Source: an uncultured Acidobacteriota bacterium
Lineage (GTDB): Bacteria > Acidobacteriota > Thermoanaerobaculia > Gp7-AA8
Assembly (NCBI GenBank): GCA_963822445.1
Contig: CAWGHO010000002.1
Location: forward strand, 1,056,001 to 1,120,000
Direction: 5' to 3'
DNA length: 64,000 nt
The notes under the pieces are model-generated. The model ran no database searches and was not told where the DNA came from. It was given only the letters and a program-made list of their open reading frames with translations. Positions 50,961 through 61,549 of the stretch are shown one piece after another (within the stretch, counting starts at the first letter, position 1; the number at the start of each line of letters is the position of its first letter). A program made the position numbers and the translations under genes.

Positions 50961-51484
50961 ATGCCGGCCACCCTCCTCGCCATCCTGCTCTTCACGACCT
51001 CTTTCCCCTCGGCGAGCCTGACGTCGTGGATGCGCCCGGAGGCGTTCCATCTGCGCATCGGAATGGATCGCGGCGAGGCCGTGCGCGCGCTCGCGGCGTG
51101 GCACCCGAAGCCCGGCAAGGATAAGAACGAGATCGTCGTCGACTACACCGGCGAGAAAGCGCTGACGCTCGACTTCCGCGACGACCGCCTGCACTCGATC
51201 CGCTTCGAGCTCTTCGCGTTCCTTCCCCAGGTCCGCAAAGCGTTCACGAGGAGAACGAGCGGCTGAAGGAGAAACGAGGCGCGCCGCGGAAGAGCACGAA
51301 AGCAGTGCTGATCTACGACCAGGCACTGCCGAACGTCATGGTCGTACTCGCGGACGATCCGAAGACCAAGCAGGGCATGCAGGGCATCGGCATGCTGGCG
51401 GTGCGCTACTACGACCCGGCCGCTACTTCGATCCCGAATCCGCCGGCGCCAGCTGCGCCCGCGACTCCCCAGGCTTCGCAGTGA
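50961..51484 (+). CDS. Hypothetical secreted protein (frameshift near 51245)
   Basis: Signal-like MPATLLAILLF; coding-like codon usage continues in a second frame to TGA 51484. Confidence 0.45.
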
Positions 51485-53361
51485 GCCGGCGGGCCTTCCC
51501 CTCGTAAACGAAGACGCCTTCGCCGAGGGTGCCGACGTAGTAGCGATTGCGGGCGAAGGGATCGGGCGACACCGCGGTCACCTCGGTATTGCGCGACGGA
51601 AGGGTGAGCTCGCTCCACTCCGGCTCGGTCGGCTCGCCGATGAGGATCTCCCGTTGCTGCCGCGAAGTCAGAAACAGCATCTGACCTCCCGCGCGGCTGC
51701 TGCCATGCACGACCGCGTACTGCGCGTCGGGCGCCTCGGCGGGCTGCCAGCGGCGGCTCGCGTCGATGATGCCCGCCTTCACGCCCTGCGATCCGGCGAC
51801 GAACACCAACTCCGCGCCGCCCGCGGTTCTGACGGCGATGGTGCGGCCCTTTTCCGGCGCGCCGGCGATCGTGCTCCAGGCCTGACCGTCGAACACTTCG
51901 ACGCCGACGGCGGTCAACGCGTACAGCGCGCGATTGCTGTCGATCGAGCCGAGGGCGATGTCGACGGCGCGGTTTTTCGCGCCGGCCAGGCGATACCAGC
52001 TCTTGCCGCCGTCGCGAGTGGTGAACACGCCCTCCGTCGTTGCGGCGAAGGAGCGCTGCCGGTTGAAGCGGATGACCTTCCCGACGCGAATGGGGAAGCT
52101 CGAAGGCTCCGCCTGAGTCCACTCCACGGCGTCATTGCTCCAGAAGAAACCCTTTTCCGTACCGGCGATGAACTTCACCTCTGCATCGGCTTCGGAGGCG
52201 ATGGTCAGTGAGAGCACTTCCGGAAGCGCGACGCGGCTGGCTTTTTCCCAGGTCTTTCCGGCGTCGTCCGAGCGATAGATGCCCGACGCCGCGCCGCCGA
52301 AGACGACCGCCGCGTAAACGCGATCTTTCTCGAACGGATCGGGAGCGACGGTGGTGATGCGCAGGTTCTGCAGGCCGGCCGATGTGCGCTCGAACGTTTT
52401 TCCGCGATCGTGCGAGATGTAGACGCCATCGCCTTCGATGCCGAGGACGATGCGCTTCGGACGCTGCGGATGAAGGACGACCGAGTTGATGACCAGTCCT
52501 TCATCGGAGAGCACGTACCAGCTCTTGCCCTTGTCCTCCGAGCGATACAGACCAGCGACCGAGCCCGCGTAAACCGTGTCTTCATCGCACGGGTCGATCT
52601 CGACGTCATGAATGCGGCGGTTGTTGAAGCCGTCGCGGTAGCGCGTCCAATTGTCGCCGCCGTTCACGCTGTTGTAGACCCAGCCGCACGTTGCGACCCA
52701 CATGTTGTCGGGCTGCTTCGGGATCGATGGTGATCGAGAACATGTCCGTGTCGAGGACCATCCCGTCGGCGATGTGCTTCCACGACTTGCCGCCGTCGTC
52801 CGTGCGCCATCCCTGGCGCCACGTGCCGACGTAGATGCGATCTTTCGAACGCGGATCGATGGCCAGCGACTCGACGTTGATCTGCTCGGAAATCTTCTCC
52901 CACGTGCGGCCGGCGTCGGCGGTGCGATAAACGCCGGTCAGGCCGCCGACGACGAGGTAGCCGGCATCGTTCGGATCGATGGCGATGGCGCGGACGGAGA
53001 AGTCTTCGAGGCCCGCATCGCGGCGCTCCCAGGTCTTGCCGCCGTCGGGAGAAACGGCGATGACGCCGCCACCCCACAGACCCCAGCAGGCCGCCCAGAG
53101 ATTGCCCTCGCGATCGAGGAGGAGGTTGTCGACGATGTAGTTGGGAAAGGGGATGCCGTTCCGTGGGCTGACCCAGCTCTTCGCGCCGTCACGGGATACG
53201 TAAACCTCGCCGCCGCTCGTGCCGAGGAAAAACGTCTCGGGATCACTCGGATCGACGATCAGAGCCCGCACATCCGCGCCGAACAATCCGGCCCGCCGCC
53301 ACTGGGCGGCGAGGGGGGAGGTGAGAAGGCAAAGAGTGAGGAGAATCAGAAGTTTACGCAT
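51423..53361 (-). CDS. Secreted BNR/Asp-box beta-propeller protein (frameshift near 52705)
   Basis: Signal peptide; many SxDGGxTW Asp-boxes (SRDGAKSW, SPDGGKTW, TDDGGKSW, SDDAGKTW). Confidence 0.8.
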
Positions 53362-53421
53362 GGCCGCCCGTTGGAATGTAGTTTTACCACAGGCGGCCTA
53401 AGCAAACGGGCCGCCACTACC

Positions 53422-53528
53422 AGTCGTTAGTGGTTAGTCGTTAGTGATTAGTAGAACCGGGCGCCGAGCGCCGGTCGTCGTGGCCGGGCGGGGGCCGACT
53501 AACGACTAACGACTAACCACTAACGACT
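53422..53528. repeat. Inverted tandem heptamer (AGTCGTT)n element in a divergent intergenic region
   Basis: agtcgtt-agtggtt-agtcgtt-agtgatt-agt ... gact-aacgact-aacgact-aaccact-aacgact. Confidence 0.9.
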
Positions 53529-53551
53529 CCGTCAGGTATTCTTCGCACCGA

Positions 53552-54481
53552 ATGGGCTTGTTACGCACGTGCGTCTTCCCCTGCGCGGGCTTCGGAACCC
53601 GGTTCTTTCCGGCCACGAAAGTCGTTCCGAAGGAAATGCTTCCGCTGGTGGACAAGCCGATCCTGCAGTACGGGATCGAGGAGGCCCGCGATTCCGGCCT
53701 CGACAAGCTCATCATCGTGACGTCGAAGGGGAAGGACTCGATCCTCGACCACTTCGACCGCACGGCCGAGCTCGAGCGCTCGCTGCGGGAGCGGGGGAAG
53801 ACAGACCTGCTCGCGGAAGTGGACAACGTCAGCCGGATGGTCGACCTCATCTCCGTCCGCCAGAAAGAAGCCCTCGGCCTCGGCCACGCGGTGCTGACCG
53901 CGCGCGATGCCGTCGGCGGTGAGCCCTTCGCGGTCGTGCTCCCTGACGACGTCATCCTCGCCGACGAACCCTGCCTCAAACAGATGCGGCGTGTATTCGA
54001 GGAAACCGGACGCCCCGTGATCGCGCTGATGGAAGTGTCGCAGGAAGAAACGGCGCGATACGGCGTGGTCGCCGGCGACCTGCTCGGCCACCGCCGCTTC
54101 CGGGTGAAGGACATGGTCGAGAAGCCGAAGATCAATCCGCCTTCGCGATACGCGATCATCGGCCGCTACATCCTTCCGCCGGACATCTTTCCGCTGCTCG
54201 AGAAAACGGAACGCGGCGCCGCGGGCGAGATTCAGCTCACTGACGCACTGCGCGAGCTCGTTCGCCAGGGCGACTTTTACGGCTACGTGTTCAAGGGCCG
54301 CCGTTACGACGCGGGCGAGAAGCTCGGCTACCTCAAGGCCACGGTCGATTACGCGTTGCGCCATCCCCAGCTCGGCGCCGATTTCCGCTCGTACATCGAA
54401 GAGATCGTCGAGCACGGCCACGAGGATGCCGATGCCGACGCGACGACGCCCCGCGGTCCCCGTCCCGTCGTGGCGTCGTGA
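53552..54481 (+). CDS. galU: UTP--glucose-1-phosphate uridylyltransferase
   Basis: AGFGTRFFPATK..PKEMLPLVDKP, RQKEALGLGHAV, VEKP, GEIQLTDAL. Confidence 0.95.
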   Translation: MGLLRTCVFPCAGFGTRFFPATKVVPKEMLPLVDKPILQYGIEEARDSGLDKLIIVTSKGKDSILDHFDRTAELERSLRERGKTDLLAEVDNVSRMVDLISVRQKEALGLGHAVLTARDAVGGEPFAVVLPDDVILADEPCLKQMRRVFEETGRPVIALMEVSQEETARYGVVAGDLLGHRRFRVKDMVEKPKINPPSRYAIIGRYILPPDIFPLLEKTERGAAGEIQLTDALRELVRQGDFYGYVFKGRRYDAGEKLGYLKATVDYALRHPQLGADFRSYIEEIVEHGHEDADADATTPRGPRPVVAS

Positions 54482-54738
54482 AGCGCATCGATCTTCTCGA
54501 CCTGCCCGAGGATGCGCGCGATCTGGTGCGTGAATGCGAGGCCAAAGGCGAGCGGACCCTTTTCGAGCGCGGCGGCCGGCCCGTGGCCATGCTGGTGTCG
54601 TATGACGAATACCTCGCCTTGCGCGAGACCGTCGACATCATGAACGCGCCGCTGCTCTACGCCAGAATCGAGACCGCCGAAGAGGAAGTGCGCCGCGGGA
54701 AGATGATGCTGGTCGAGGATTTACTGGATGTGGAATGA
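54478..54738 (+). CDS. Phd/YefM-family antitoxin
   Basis: ERGGRPVAMLVSYDEYLALRETVDIM. Confidence 0.75.
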   Translation: MKRIDLLDLPEDARDLVRECEAKGERTLFERGGRPVAMLVSYDEYLALRETVDIMNAPLLYARIETAEEEVRRGKMMLVEDLLDVE

Positions 54739-54976
54739 CCGCCTGCGCATCGCCGAGTCGCTGGAATCGGACTGGAAATCGCTGTCATTTTCCGAGCGCG
54801 AGATCGCACTAGCCGCGTTGCAGCGAATCGACGACGATCCGATCGCCGGCGCGCCATTGTTCGAGCCGCTCAAGGGCCTGTGGAGCTACCGCAGCGGCGA
54901 TCTGCGCGTCATTTATCGCGTCGTTGCCGAAGGACGCTTCGTGGCCATCCTCAGCATCGCCAGAGTGACCGCATGA
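54728..54976 (+). CDS. RelE/ParE-family toxin-like protein
   Basis: DPIAGAPL..PLKGLWSYRSGDLRVIYRV; overlaps the antitoxin gene. Confidence 0.72.
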   Translation: MWNDRLRIAESLESDWKSLSFSEREIALAALQRIDDDPIAGAPLFEPLKGLWSYRSGDLRVIYRVVAEGRFVAILSIARVTA

Positions 54977-55557
54977 AGTTCATCCTCGCTTCCGCTTCCC
55001 CCCGCCGCCGCGAGCTCCTGACCATGATCGGGCTGGAGTTCGAGGTCATCCCCAGCCACGTCCCCGAGGTTCACCAGCCGGGCGAGGCACCGGAGGAGTA
55101 TGTGGCCCGGCTGTCGCGGGACAAGGCCAACGCCATCGCCGCCGAGCATCCCGATCGCTGGGTGATCGCCGCCGACACGACGGTGTTCTACGGGGATCAG
55201 TTGCTCGAAAAACCGGTCGACGCCGCAGATGCCGAGCGGATGCTGGCGATCATCGCCGGCCGCACGCACATCGTTTACACCGGTGTGACAGTCGTGAACG
55301 CCGCGCAGGACTGGCGCGAGACGCGGGTGACCGAGTCGGAGGTGCGCATGCTGCCGATGTCGGAGCGCGATATCGCCTGGTACGTCGGCACCGGCGAGCC
55401 GCTCGACAAAGCCGGCGCGTACGCCGTCCAGGGCAAGGGCTCGATGTTCATCGAGTCCGTCCACGGCAACTACACGAACGTAGTCGGACTGCCCCTTGCT
55501 ACGCTTTTTCAGATGTTGCGAAAAGCGGGAGTGGACCCGCTCGGGAGTAACCAATGA
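54973..55557 (+). CDS. maf: Maf family nucleoside triphosphate pyrophosphatase
   Basis: ILASASPRRRELL, IAADTTV, LEKP, EPLDKAGAYAVQG, NVVGLP. Confidence 0.92.
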   Translation: MKFILASASPRRRELLTMIGLEFEVIPSHVPEVHQPGEAPEEYVARLSRDKANAIAAEHPDRWVIAADTTVFYGDQLLEKPVDAADAERMLAIIAGRTHIVYTGVTVVNAAQDWRETRVTESEVRMLPMSERDIAWYVGTGEPLDKAGAYAVQGKGSMFIESVHGNYTNVVGLPLATLFQMLRKAGVDPLGSNQ

Positions 55558-57101
55558 CACCAGCAGCAAAAGTCGGAATCGTCATGCTGATCGCCCTCGC
55601 GGTGCTCGGCTACTTCGTCCTCAGGATCGAGGACATCAGCCTGAGCCGCTCGCGCACGACCCGCGAGATCAAAGCCGTCTTCGACGACGTGGCCGGCCTC
55701 GACGACGAATCAGCGGTCCGCATCGCCGGCGTGCGCAAGGGTCACGTGACCGACATCAAAGTCCGCCCCGACGGCAGCGCCGAAGTGACGATGACCGTCG
55801 ACGACGACGTGCCCCTCCACTCCGACGCCACCGCCCGCGTCGCCAACCTCGGCCTCCTCGGCGAGAAATACATCGAGCTCGAGCCGGGAACGGGCACGAA
55901 GCCCGTGCTGCCGCCGTCACAGACCGTGGTCATTCGCGGGTCGCAACCCGCGTCCTTCGACGACGTCACCTCGCAGGTCTCCGCGATCGCGGAAGATGTG
56001 AAGGCGATCACCGCGTCGCTCCGCGCCGTCGCCGGCGGCCCGCAAGGCCAGCAGCGTCTCGACGAGATCGTCGAAAACGTCCGCGGCATCACCGCGGAGG
56101 TGCGCCTGCTCATCGCCGCGAATCGCGGCAACGTCGACGCGACCATGGCCAACACCCGGGCCATCACCGAGCACCTGCGCACCGAGATTCCGCGGCTCGC
56201 GGCAACCCTCGATCGCGTTGCCAATCAGCTCGGCAGCCAGATCGGCGGAACGGTCGGCGAGAACCGCGAGGACATCCGCGTCGTCGTGGAAAACCTCCGC
56301 GGCCTTTCCTCCGACCTTCGCACGACCGCCGACAACCTCAACGAAGTCACCGGCCAGGTTCGCAGCGGCGAAGGCACGGTCGGCAAGCTGCTCTACAGCG
56401 ACGAAGCGCACACGAGGCTCACCAACGCGCTGTCGTCGGTGGAAGGCGGCGTGAAGTCACTGCAGGACACGCTCGGCCGCGTCGGCAAGATCCAGATGGA
56501 CCTGGGGATCAAGGCCGATTACTACGCCGGGCTCTCGCCGACCGAAGTCGGCGGAGTGGAAACGTCCGATGGTGCTGCGCGATCGGCGGTGGGCCTGCGG
56601 CTCGTTCCCGATCCGGCGAAGAACCGCTTCTACAACATCGAGCTGGCCGACGATCCGCGCGGCAGCAAGCGGGACAAGGTCCACGTCGAGACGCGCACCG
56701 ATCCGGCCACCGGACAGTCGCAGACGATCATCACCGAGACCACGAAGTACGATCGCGATTTCGTCATCTCCGCGCAGGCGGGATGGGTGCTCGACGATCT
56801 CGCCGTCCGCGTCGGCCTCTTCGATTCGACCGGCGGCGTCGGCGCCGACTACCAATGGAACGACCGCATCCGCGTGACCGGTGAGGCGTTCGACTTCGGC
56901 GGAAAGCGCGACGACCAGCCGCACCTGAGACTGTTCGGCGAATACGTCGTGCGGAAAGAGAAGCCGCACACGCCGCTGCTCTTCATCACCAGCGGCGTGG
57001 ACAACCCCCTGAACGACATGGCCGTGACCATCGGCGGCGGGATCCGCTGGCGCGACGAGGATCTGAAATATCTGCTGGGCAGCATCCCGACCGGCCGCTA
57101 G
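55554..57101 (+). CDS. MlaD/MCE family protein with long helical region and beta-rich C-terminus
   Basis: TM; FDDVAGL...VRIAGVRKGHV; GLLGEKYIELEPG; GEGTVGKLL. Confidence 0.85.
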   Translation: MTPAAKVGIVMLIALAVLGYFVLRIEDISLSRSRTTREIKAVFDDVAGLDDESAVRIAGVRKGHVTDIKVRPDGSAEVTMTVDDDVPLHSDATARVANLGLLGEKYIELEPGTGTKPVLPPSQTVVIRGSQPASFDDVTSQVSAIAEDVKAITASLRAVAGGPQGQQRLDEIVENVRGITAEVRLLIAANRGNVDATMANTRAITEHLRTEIPRLAATLDRVANQLGSQIGGTVGENREDIRVVVENLRGLSSDLRTTADNLNEVTGQVRSGEGTVGKLLYSDEAHTRLTNALSSVEGGVKSLQDTLGRVGKIQMDLGIKADYYAGLSPTEVGGVETSDGAARSAVGLRLVPDPAKNRFYNIELADDPRGSKRDKVHVETRTDPATGQSQTIITETTKYDRDFVISAQAGWVLDDLAVRVGLFDSTGGVGADYQWNDRIRVTGEAFDFGGKRDDQPHLRLFGEYVVRKEKPHTPLLFITSGVDNPLNDMAVTIGGGIRWRDEDLKYLLGSIPTGR

Positions 57102-57121
57102 GCCGGCAAAAGGACATCACG

Positions 57122-58201
57122 ATGAACGCTGTCCTGCTCTTCGGCGGCCGTTCCGCCGAGCATGAAGTCTCGATCCTTTCCGCGCGATCGGTCGCCGCGG
57201 CCGCGCCTGCCGATCGCGTGACCATGACCCCGATCTGCATCGCCCGCGACGGCCGTTTTGTCGGACCGGAACGGAGCGCGCGCATCCTCGCCGGCGACGA
57301 AAAGAGCACCACCGGCGACAGCGGATTCTCGTTCGAAGAATGGGTCGCGAACGAGAAGACGGACATCGTCTTTCCGCTCATTCACGGCACCGGCGGCGAG
57401 GATGGATCGCTGCAGGGATACCTGGAAATGCTCGGCCTTCCCTACGTCGGCAGCGGCGTCACCGCCTCGGCCGTGGGCATGGACAAGGTGCACATGAAGC
57501 AGGCCTTCGCCGCGGCGAAACTGCCGATGGTCGATTACGTCCCGCTGCACGAGCACGACTGGCGGCACGAGCGGGAGCGGGTCACGCGCAAGATGATCAA
57601 CGCCCTGCGCCTCCCCTACTTCGTGAAGCCGGCCAACGGCGGCTCGTCGGTCGGCGTGACGAAGGTGAAGAACGACAACGACCTCGCCGCGGCCATCGAG
57701 CACGCGCTGCGATTCGACGAGAAGGTCCTCGTCGAGCGCGGCGTCGACGCCCGGGAGATCGAAGTGGCCGTCCTCGGCAACGACAAGCCGGAAGCATCGG
57801 TCGCCGGCGAGATCGTCGCGGGACGCGAGTTCTACGACTACGCCGACAAATACGTCGACGACAAGTCGCAACTGGTCATCCCCGCGAAACTGGCGAAGGA
57901 CAAGGCCGAGGAGTTCCGGCGGATGGCCATCGCCGCGTTCCGGGCCATCGGCGCGTCGGGATTCGCGCGCGTCGACTTCTTCCTCGAGCGCGGCACGAAC
58001 CGCCTCTACCTCAACGAGATCAACACCATCCCCGGCTTCACCAGCATCTCCATGTACCCGAAGCTTTGGGAAGCGACGGAGATCAAGTACCCGCGCCTGA
58101 TCGAGAGGCTTTTGCAACTCGGCCTCGAACGCTCGAAAGGGCGGGCGGCGCGAGCGGAAAGCACGATGAAGTGGTTTTTAGAGGTGAAGTCGATCACGTG
58201 A
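57122..58201 (+). CDS. ddl: D-alanine--D-alanine ligase
   Basis: FGGRSAEHEVS, HGTGGEDG, MDK, VKPANGGSSVG, FYDYADKY, NEINTIPGFT..SMYP. Confidence 0.95.
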   Translation: MNAVLLFGGRSAEHEVSILSARSVAAAAPADRVTMTPICIARDGRFVGPERSARILAGDEKSTTGDSGFSFEEWVANEKTDIVFPLIHGTGGEDGSLQGYLEMLGLPYVGSGVTASAVGMDKVHMKQAFAAAKLPMVDYVPLHEHDWRHERERVTRKMINALRLPYFVKPANGGSSVGVTKVKNDNDLAAAIEHALRFDEKVLVERGVDAREIEVAVLGNDKPEASVAGEIVAGREFYDYADKYVDDKSQLVIPAKLAKDKAEEFRRMAIAAFRAIGASGFARVDFFLERGTNRLYLNEINTIPGFTSISMYPKLWEATEIKYPRLIERLLQLGLERSKGRAARAESTMKWFLEVKSIT

Positions 58202-59853
58202 TCTGGCCGCTGCGGCTCGCTGTCGCCAAACTCCGTCCCTTTACCGTCGCGTCGATTCTGCGGACGGCCATCGTCGCCATGGTCTTCCTCGCCTTTCTCT
58301 TCGGCGACTTTGCTCTCTTCGCCAGGCTCTTCGAAGCGACCGCGGAAATCGAAACGGAGACGCCGTTCTTCGCCGTGGCCCTCCTGCGCAATCTCCTGGC
58401 GATGGTGTTTCTCGTGGCCACGGTGGTGCTGTTCTCTTCCTCGATGACCGTGGCCATCGGATCGTTCTTCACCGACCTCGACCTGGATGTGCATCACGCC
58501 GCACCGCGATCGAAACTGCGCATCGCGCTGGCGCGGTGGGCCAAGACCCTCTTTCAAAGCGCGACGATCGTCTTCCTCTTTCTGATCCCGCTGTTCATCG
58601 CCTTCGAGCGGCAGTATCCAAAGCCGTTCGAGTTCTACCCCGCGATCCTTCTGAACCTCGCGCTACTGCTCAGCATCCCAGTCAGCCTCTCGTCGACTGT
58701 GATCCTGCTGCTGGTGCGCTGGTTTCCGGTGCAGCGCGTTCATCAGATCGTCGCGTCGCTGGCCGTGCTGATCCTGACCATGGTCGTGGTCGCGTTTCGC
58801 ATGAGCCGTCCTGAGCGGTTCTTCACCGAGGTCACGACCGACGACGTTGCCAAGGTCCTGCAGTCGATCGAATTGCCGGCCATGAGCATCTACCCCGGCA
58901 CATCGCTGGCCACGGTGATGACCCGCGACGCTTCGTTCTGGCTCGCGCCGCGGATCGTCATCATCGCCGCGATCGCCTTCGCGCTGTTCGTGCTCGTCGC
59001 GAAGGCCTGGTACTTCAGCGCATTCGTCCGAGCGCGCGAGAGCATGGCTCCGGTGGCGATCGGCGCCGCGCCGGCGACGCGACTCCTCGATCGCCTCGTC
59101 TCGCGCGCCCATCCTCAATTGCGGGCGATGCTCTCGAAGGAAGTGCGAACGGTGACGCGCGACGTCGCGCAGTGGTCGCAGGTCTTCCTGACCGTGGCCC
59201 TGCTCTTCATCTACCTCTACAACATCCGCATGCTGCCCCTGGGCGGCGACGCCCGCGCGACGATCATCGCCTACGCCAACATCGGCATGGCCGGCTTCGT
59301 GATCGCCGCGATCTGCCTCCGCTTCGCCTACCCCTCGGTCTCATCGGAAGGGAAGGCGTTCTGGATCGTGCAGACCGCACCCGTGTCCTACCGCCACTTC
59401 CTCATCGTGAAGGTCCTCGTGTACGCGGCGCCACTTACTCTGTTTTCACTGCTGCTCACCGCATTCGCGAACGTGATCCTTGCCGCGAACGCGGTGGTCT
59501 GGACGTTCACGCTGATCGGCTCCGCGCTGCTCGCGGTGACGCTCGTCAGCCTCGGCGTGGGGATGGGAGCCTGGTCGCCGAACTTCAACGCCGAGAATCC
59601 GCTGCAGGTCGGCCTTTCCCTCGGCGGCTTCGCCTACATGGCCGTGTCGATGAGCTACGTCGCGGCGATGATGCTGCTCATGGCCCGTCCGGTGATGAAG
59701 TTCTTCGTCGAGCGCGTCCTCGGCGAGCGCGACGCCGGCGGCATCGCCACGGCGACCGCAATCGTGATTGCGCTCACGCTCTCCGCTGCCGTCGGGGTGA
59801 TACCTCTCTTCGCCGCCGAACGACGCCTGACCCACCTGAATGAAAACGATTAG
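58198..59853 (+). CDS. Putative ABC-2-type exporter permease (multi-TM)
   Basis: About 12 TM segments; KEVRTVTRD..QWSQ and RFAYPSVSSEGKAFW motifs; GTG overlaps the ddl stop. Confidence 0.7.
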   Translation: MIWPLRLAVAKLRPFTVASILRTAIVAMVFLAFLFGDFALFARLFEATAEIETETPFFAVALLRNLLAMVFLVATVVLFSSSMTVAIGSFFTDLDLDVHHAAPRSKLRIALARWAKTLFQSATIVFLFLIPLFIAFERQYPKPFEFYPAILLNLALLLSIPVSLSSTVILLLVRWFPVQRVHQIVASLAVLILTMVVVAFRMSRPERFFTEVTTDDVAKVLQSIELPAMSIYPGTSLATVMTRDASFWLAPRIVIIAAIAFALFVLVAKAWYFSAFVRARESMAPVAIGAAPATRLLDRLVSRAHPQLRAMLSKEVRTVTRDVAQWSQVFLTVALLFIYLYNIRMLPLGGDARATIIAYANIGMAGFVIAAICLRFAYPSVSSEGKAFWIVQTAPVSYRHFLIVKVLVYAAPLTLFSLLLTAFANVILAANAVVWTFTLIGSALLAVTLVSLGVGMGAWSPNFNAENPLQVGLSLGGFAYMAVSMSYVAAMMLLMARPVMKFFVERVLGERDAGGIATATAIVIALTLSAAVGVIPLFAAERRLTHLNEND

Positions 59854-59892
59854 AATCGGGCGACTTCACAACATCGCACGCAAGGAGAACAG

Positions 59893-60354
59893 ATGAGCGA
59901 GATTCCTCCGCCCACCGTACCCCCAGCAACCCCGCCGCCCCCCGGCGGAGGCTCGTACACGCCTCCTCCACCTCCGCCCCTTGGCGGTGGCACCGGTCCC
60001 GGTGGTCCCGGTGGTCCGGTGAGCTCTGACCGATCGCTGATGATCGCGTTGTCGTACCTGGGCATCCTGGCCCTGATCCCCTACCTCACGAAGAAGAACG
60101 ATCCCGACCAGGAAGTGCGCTGGCACTCGAAGAACGGCATGGGCCTGTTCATCGTGGACATCGTCCTGTGGATCGCGTTCTTCGTGATCGGGATGGTCCT
60201 GCGCAACTCCGCGATCGGCTGCGGCATGGGCGTGGTGCAATGCGTGGTGTGGCTGGCCCTACTCGGCCTGCACATCTACTGTCTGATTCAGGCCATCAAC
60301 GGCAAGCGCGTTCGCATTCCGGTTGTCACTGATTTCGCAGAGAAGAGCCTTTAA
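59893..60354 (+). CDS. DUF4870-like membrane protein with Pro-rich N-terminus
   Basis: AAGGAG RBS; ALSYLG...VRWHSKNG...CLIQAING..RIPVV. Confidence 0.7.
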   Translation: MSEIPPPTVPPATPPPPGGGSYTPPPPPPLGGGTGPGGPGGPVSSDRSLMIALSYLGILALIPYLTKKNDPDQEVRWHSKNGMGLFIVDIVLWIAFFVIGMVLRNSAIGCGMGVVQCVVWLALLGLHIYCLIQAINGKRVRIPVVTDFAEKSL

Positions 60355-60363
60355 GGAGAACGC

Positions 60364-60732
60364 ATGTCTGAAATGAATCCTCCGGGTTCCTACACGCCAC
60401 CGCCGCCCCCCACGCCTCCCACGCCGGGAGGCGGAGCCCCCGTCGGGCCGGGCGGCGGCGACCTCGTCTACCCGACCGCACCGCCGAAAGATCCGATCCT
60501 CGTCCTCGTCCTGAACCTGCTCCTGGCCGGCGGCGTCGGCTACATCATCATCGGCCAGAAGACGAAGGGCATCGTGGCGATCGTCGCGTACGTGATCCTG
60601 CTGTTCGTCACGTGCGGCGCCGGCAGCGGCCTCGTGGCCATCGTGGCCGCGATCGACGGCTACCTCCAGGCCCAGCAGCTCCAGCAGGGCAAGCCTGTTG
60701 GACAGTGGACCTGGTTCAACGATCACCGATAA
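60364..60732 (+). CDS. TM2-like small membrane protein with Pro-rich N-terminus
   Basis: AAGGAG RBS; KDPILVLVLNLLLAGGVGYIIIGQKTKG...AIDGY. Confidence 0.65.
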   Translation: MSEMNPPGSYTPPPPPTPPTPGGGAPVGPGGGDLVYPTAPPKDPILVLVLNLLLAGGVGYIIIGQKTKGIVAIVAYVILLFVTCGAGSGLVAIVAAIDGYLQAQQLQQGKPVGQWTWFNDHR

Positions 60733-60734
60733 AC

Positions 60735-60776
60735 CAGTAGGCAGTGGGCGGTAGGCAGTGGACCTACCGCCTACAG
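60735..60776. repeat. Inverted tandem heptamer (CAGTAGG)n element between convergent genes
   Basis: cagtagg-cagtggg-cggtagg-cagtgg-a-cctaccg-cctacag. Same unit as 11455; supplies the TAG stop of the DUF2752 gene. Confidence 0.75.
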
Positions 60777-61124
60777 CACGTTCCTCAAGATCCACCAGCC
60801 GATCACCACCACCACCGCCCCCCACCCGAACCACGGCTTCAGTACGAACGCGGGCTGACGTCCGCGCGCGAGGCTTGGCGCGGCGAAGACTCCGAAGGCG
60901 CCGAGGGCGAAGAGCAGGGGATTGAGGCGGAAGGCTTCGGCGAAACGGCCGTGCAGCGCGTGGTGTGACGCGCGCGTAAGACCGCAGCCCGGGCAATCGA
61001 GCCCGGTCAGCATCTTGAAGGTGCAGCGCGGGTAAAACGTGTGCTCGCCGGGCGGGTACGTGTAGAGCACCCACGCACCGGCGAGCACCGCAATCGCAAG
61101 CGCGCTAGCTGAAATTACCTTCAC
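60771..61124 (-). CDS. DUF2752 domain protein
   Basis: CTFKMLTGLDCPGCGLTRA..ALHG....AFRLNPL...RN. Confidence 0.88.
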   Translation of the reverse strand: MKVISASALAIAVLAGAWVLYTYPPGEHTFYPRCTFKMLTGLDCPGCGLTRASHHALHGRFAEAFRLNPLLFALGAFGVFAAPSLARGRQPAFVLKPWFGWGAVVVVIGWWILRNVL

Positions 61125-61536
61125 GGATGGCCTGAGCGATGGCCGCTCCCCAGACCGTCATCATGATGATCCAGACCAGCAGACCGGTCCCGAGTGCGAT
61201 CCAGGTCCACATCTTCGCTTTGCGCGACGACTCGAGCGCGCCGGCGCGGTCGCCCGCGGCGAGCTTCGAGTTCACCTGCGCGGCGAAGATGATCGCCACG
61301 ATGCCGAACGGCAGGCAGCAGCAGAACGTGACCAGGATCGACTGGATGAGGTAGTTCGGAATCGTCGGTCCGGTTGCCGCCGCGGAAGATGCTCCTCCGT
61401 ACGGGGCCGACGGCGGGGGCGGTGTGTACGACTGAGTCAAGGGCGGTGTTTCGGGTGCGGGACCGAGCGAGCGGCCGCAGTTGATGCAGATCGTGGCGTT
61501 GTCGAGGTTCGAGGTTCCGCAGTTCGGACAGTTCAC
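61105..61536 (-). CDS. CD225/dispanin family protein with N-terminal Zn ribbon
   Basis: CPNCG...CINCG; PNYLIQSILVTFCCCLPFGIVAIIFAAQVNSKLAAGD..GA..SSRKAKMW. Confidence 0.88.
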   Translation of the reverse strand: MNCPNCGTSNLDNATICINCGRSLGPAPETPPLTQSYTPPPPSAPYGGASSAAATGPTIPNYLIQSILVTFCCCLPFGIVAIIFAAQVNSKLAAGDRAGALESSRKAKMWTWIALGTGLLVWIIMMTVWGAAIAQAIREGNFS

Positions 61537-61549
61537 GTCGTCTCCTTAC

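Noticed and set aside
53422-53528. Possible CRISPR array (also considered for the other short repeats)
   Set aside because: Units are 7-8 bp, contiguous and inverted, with no unique spacers and no cas genes.
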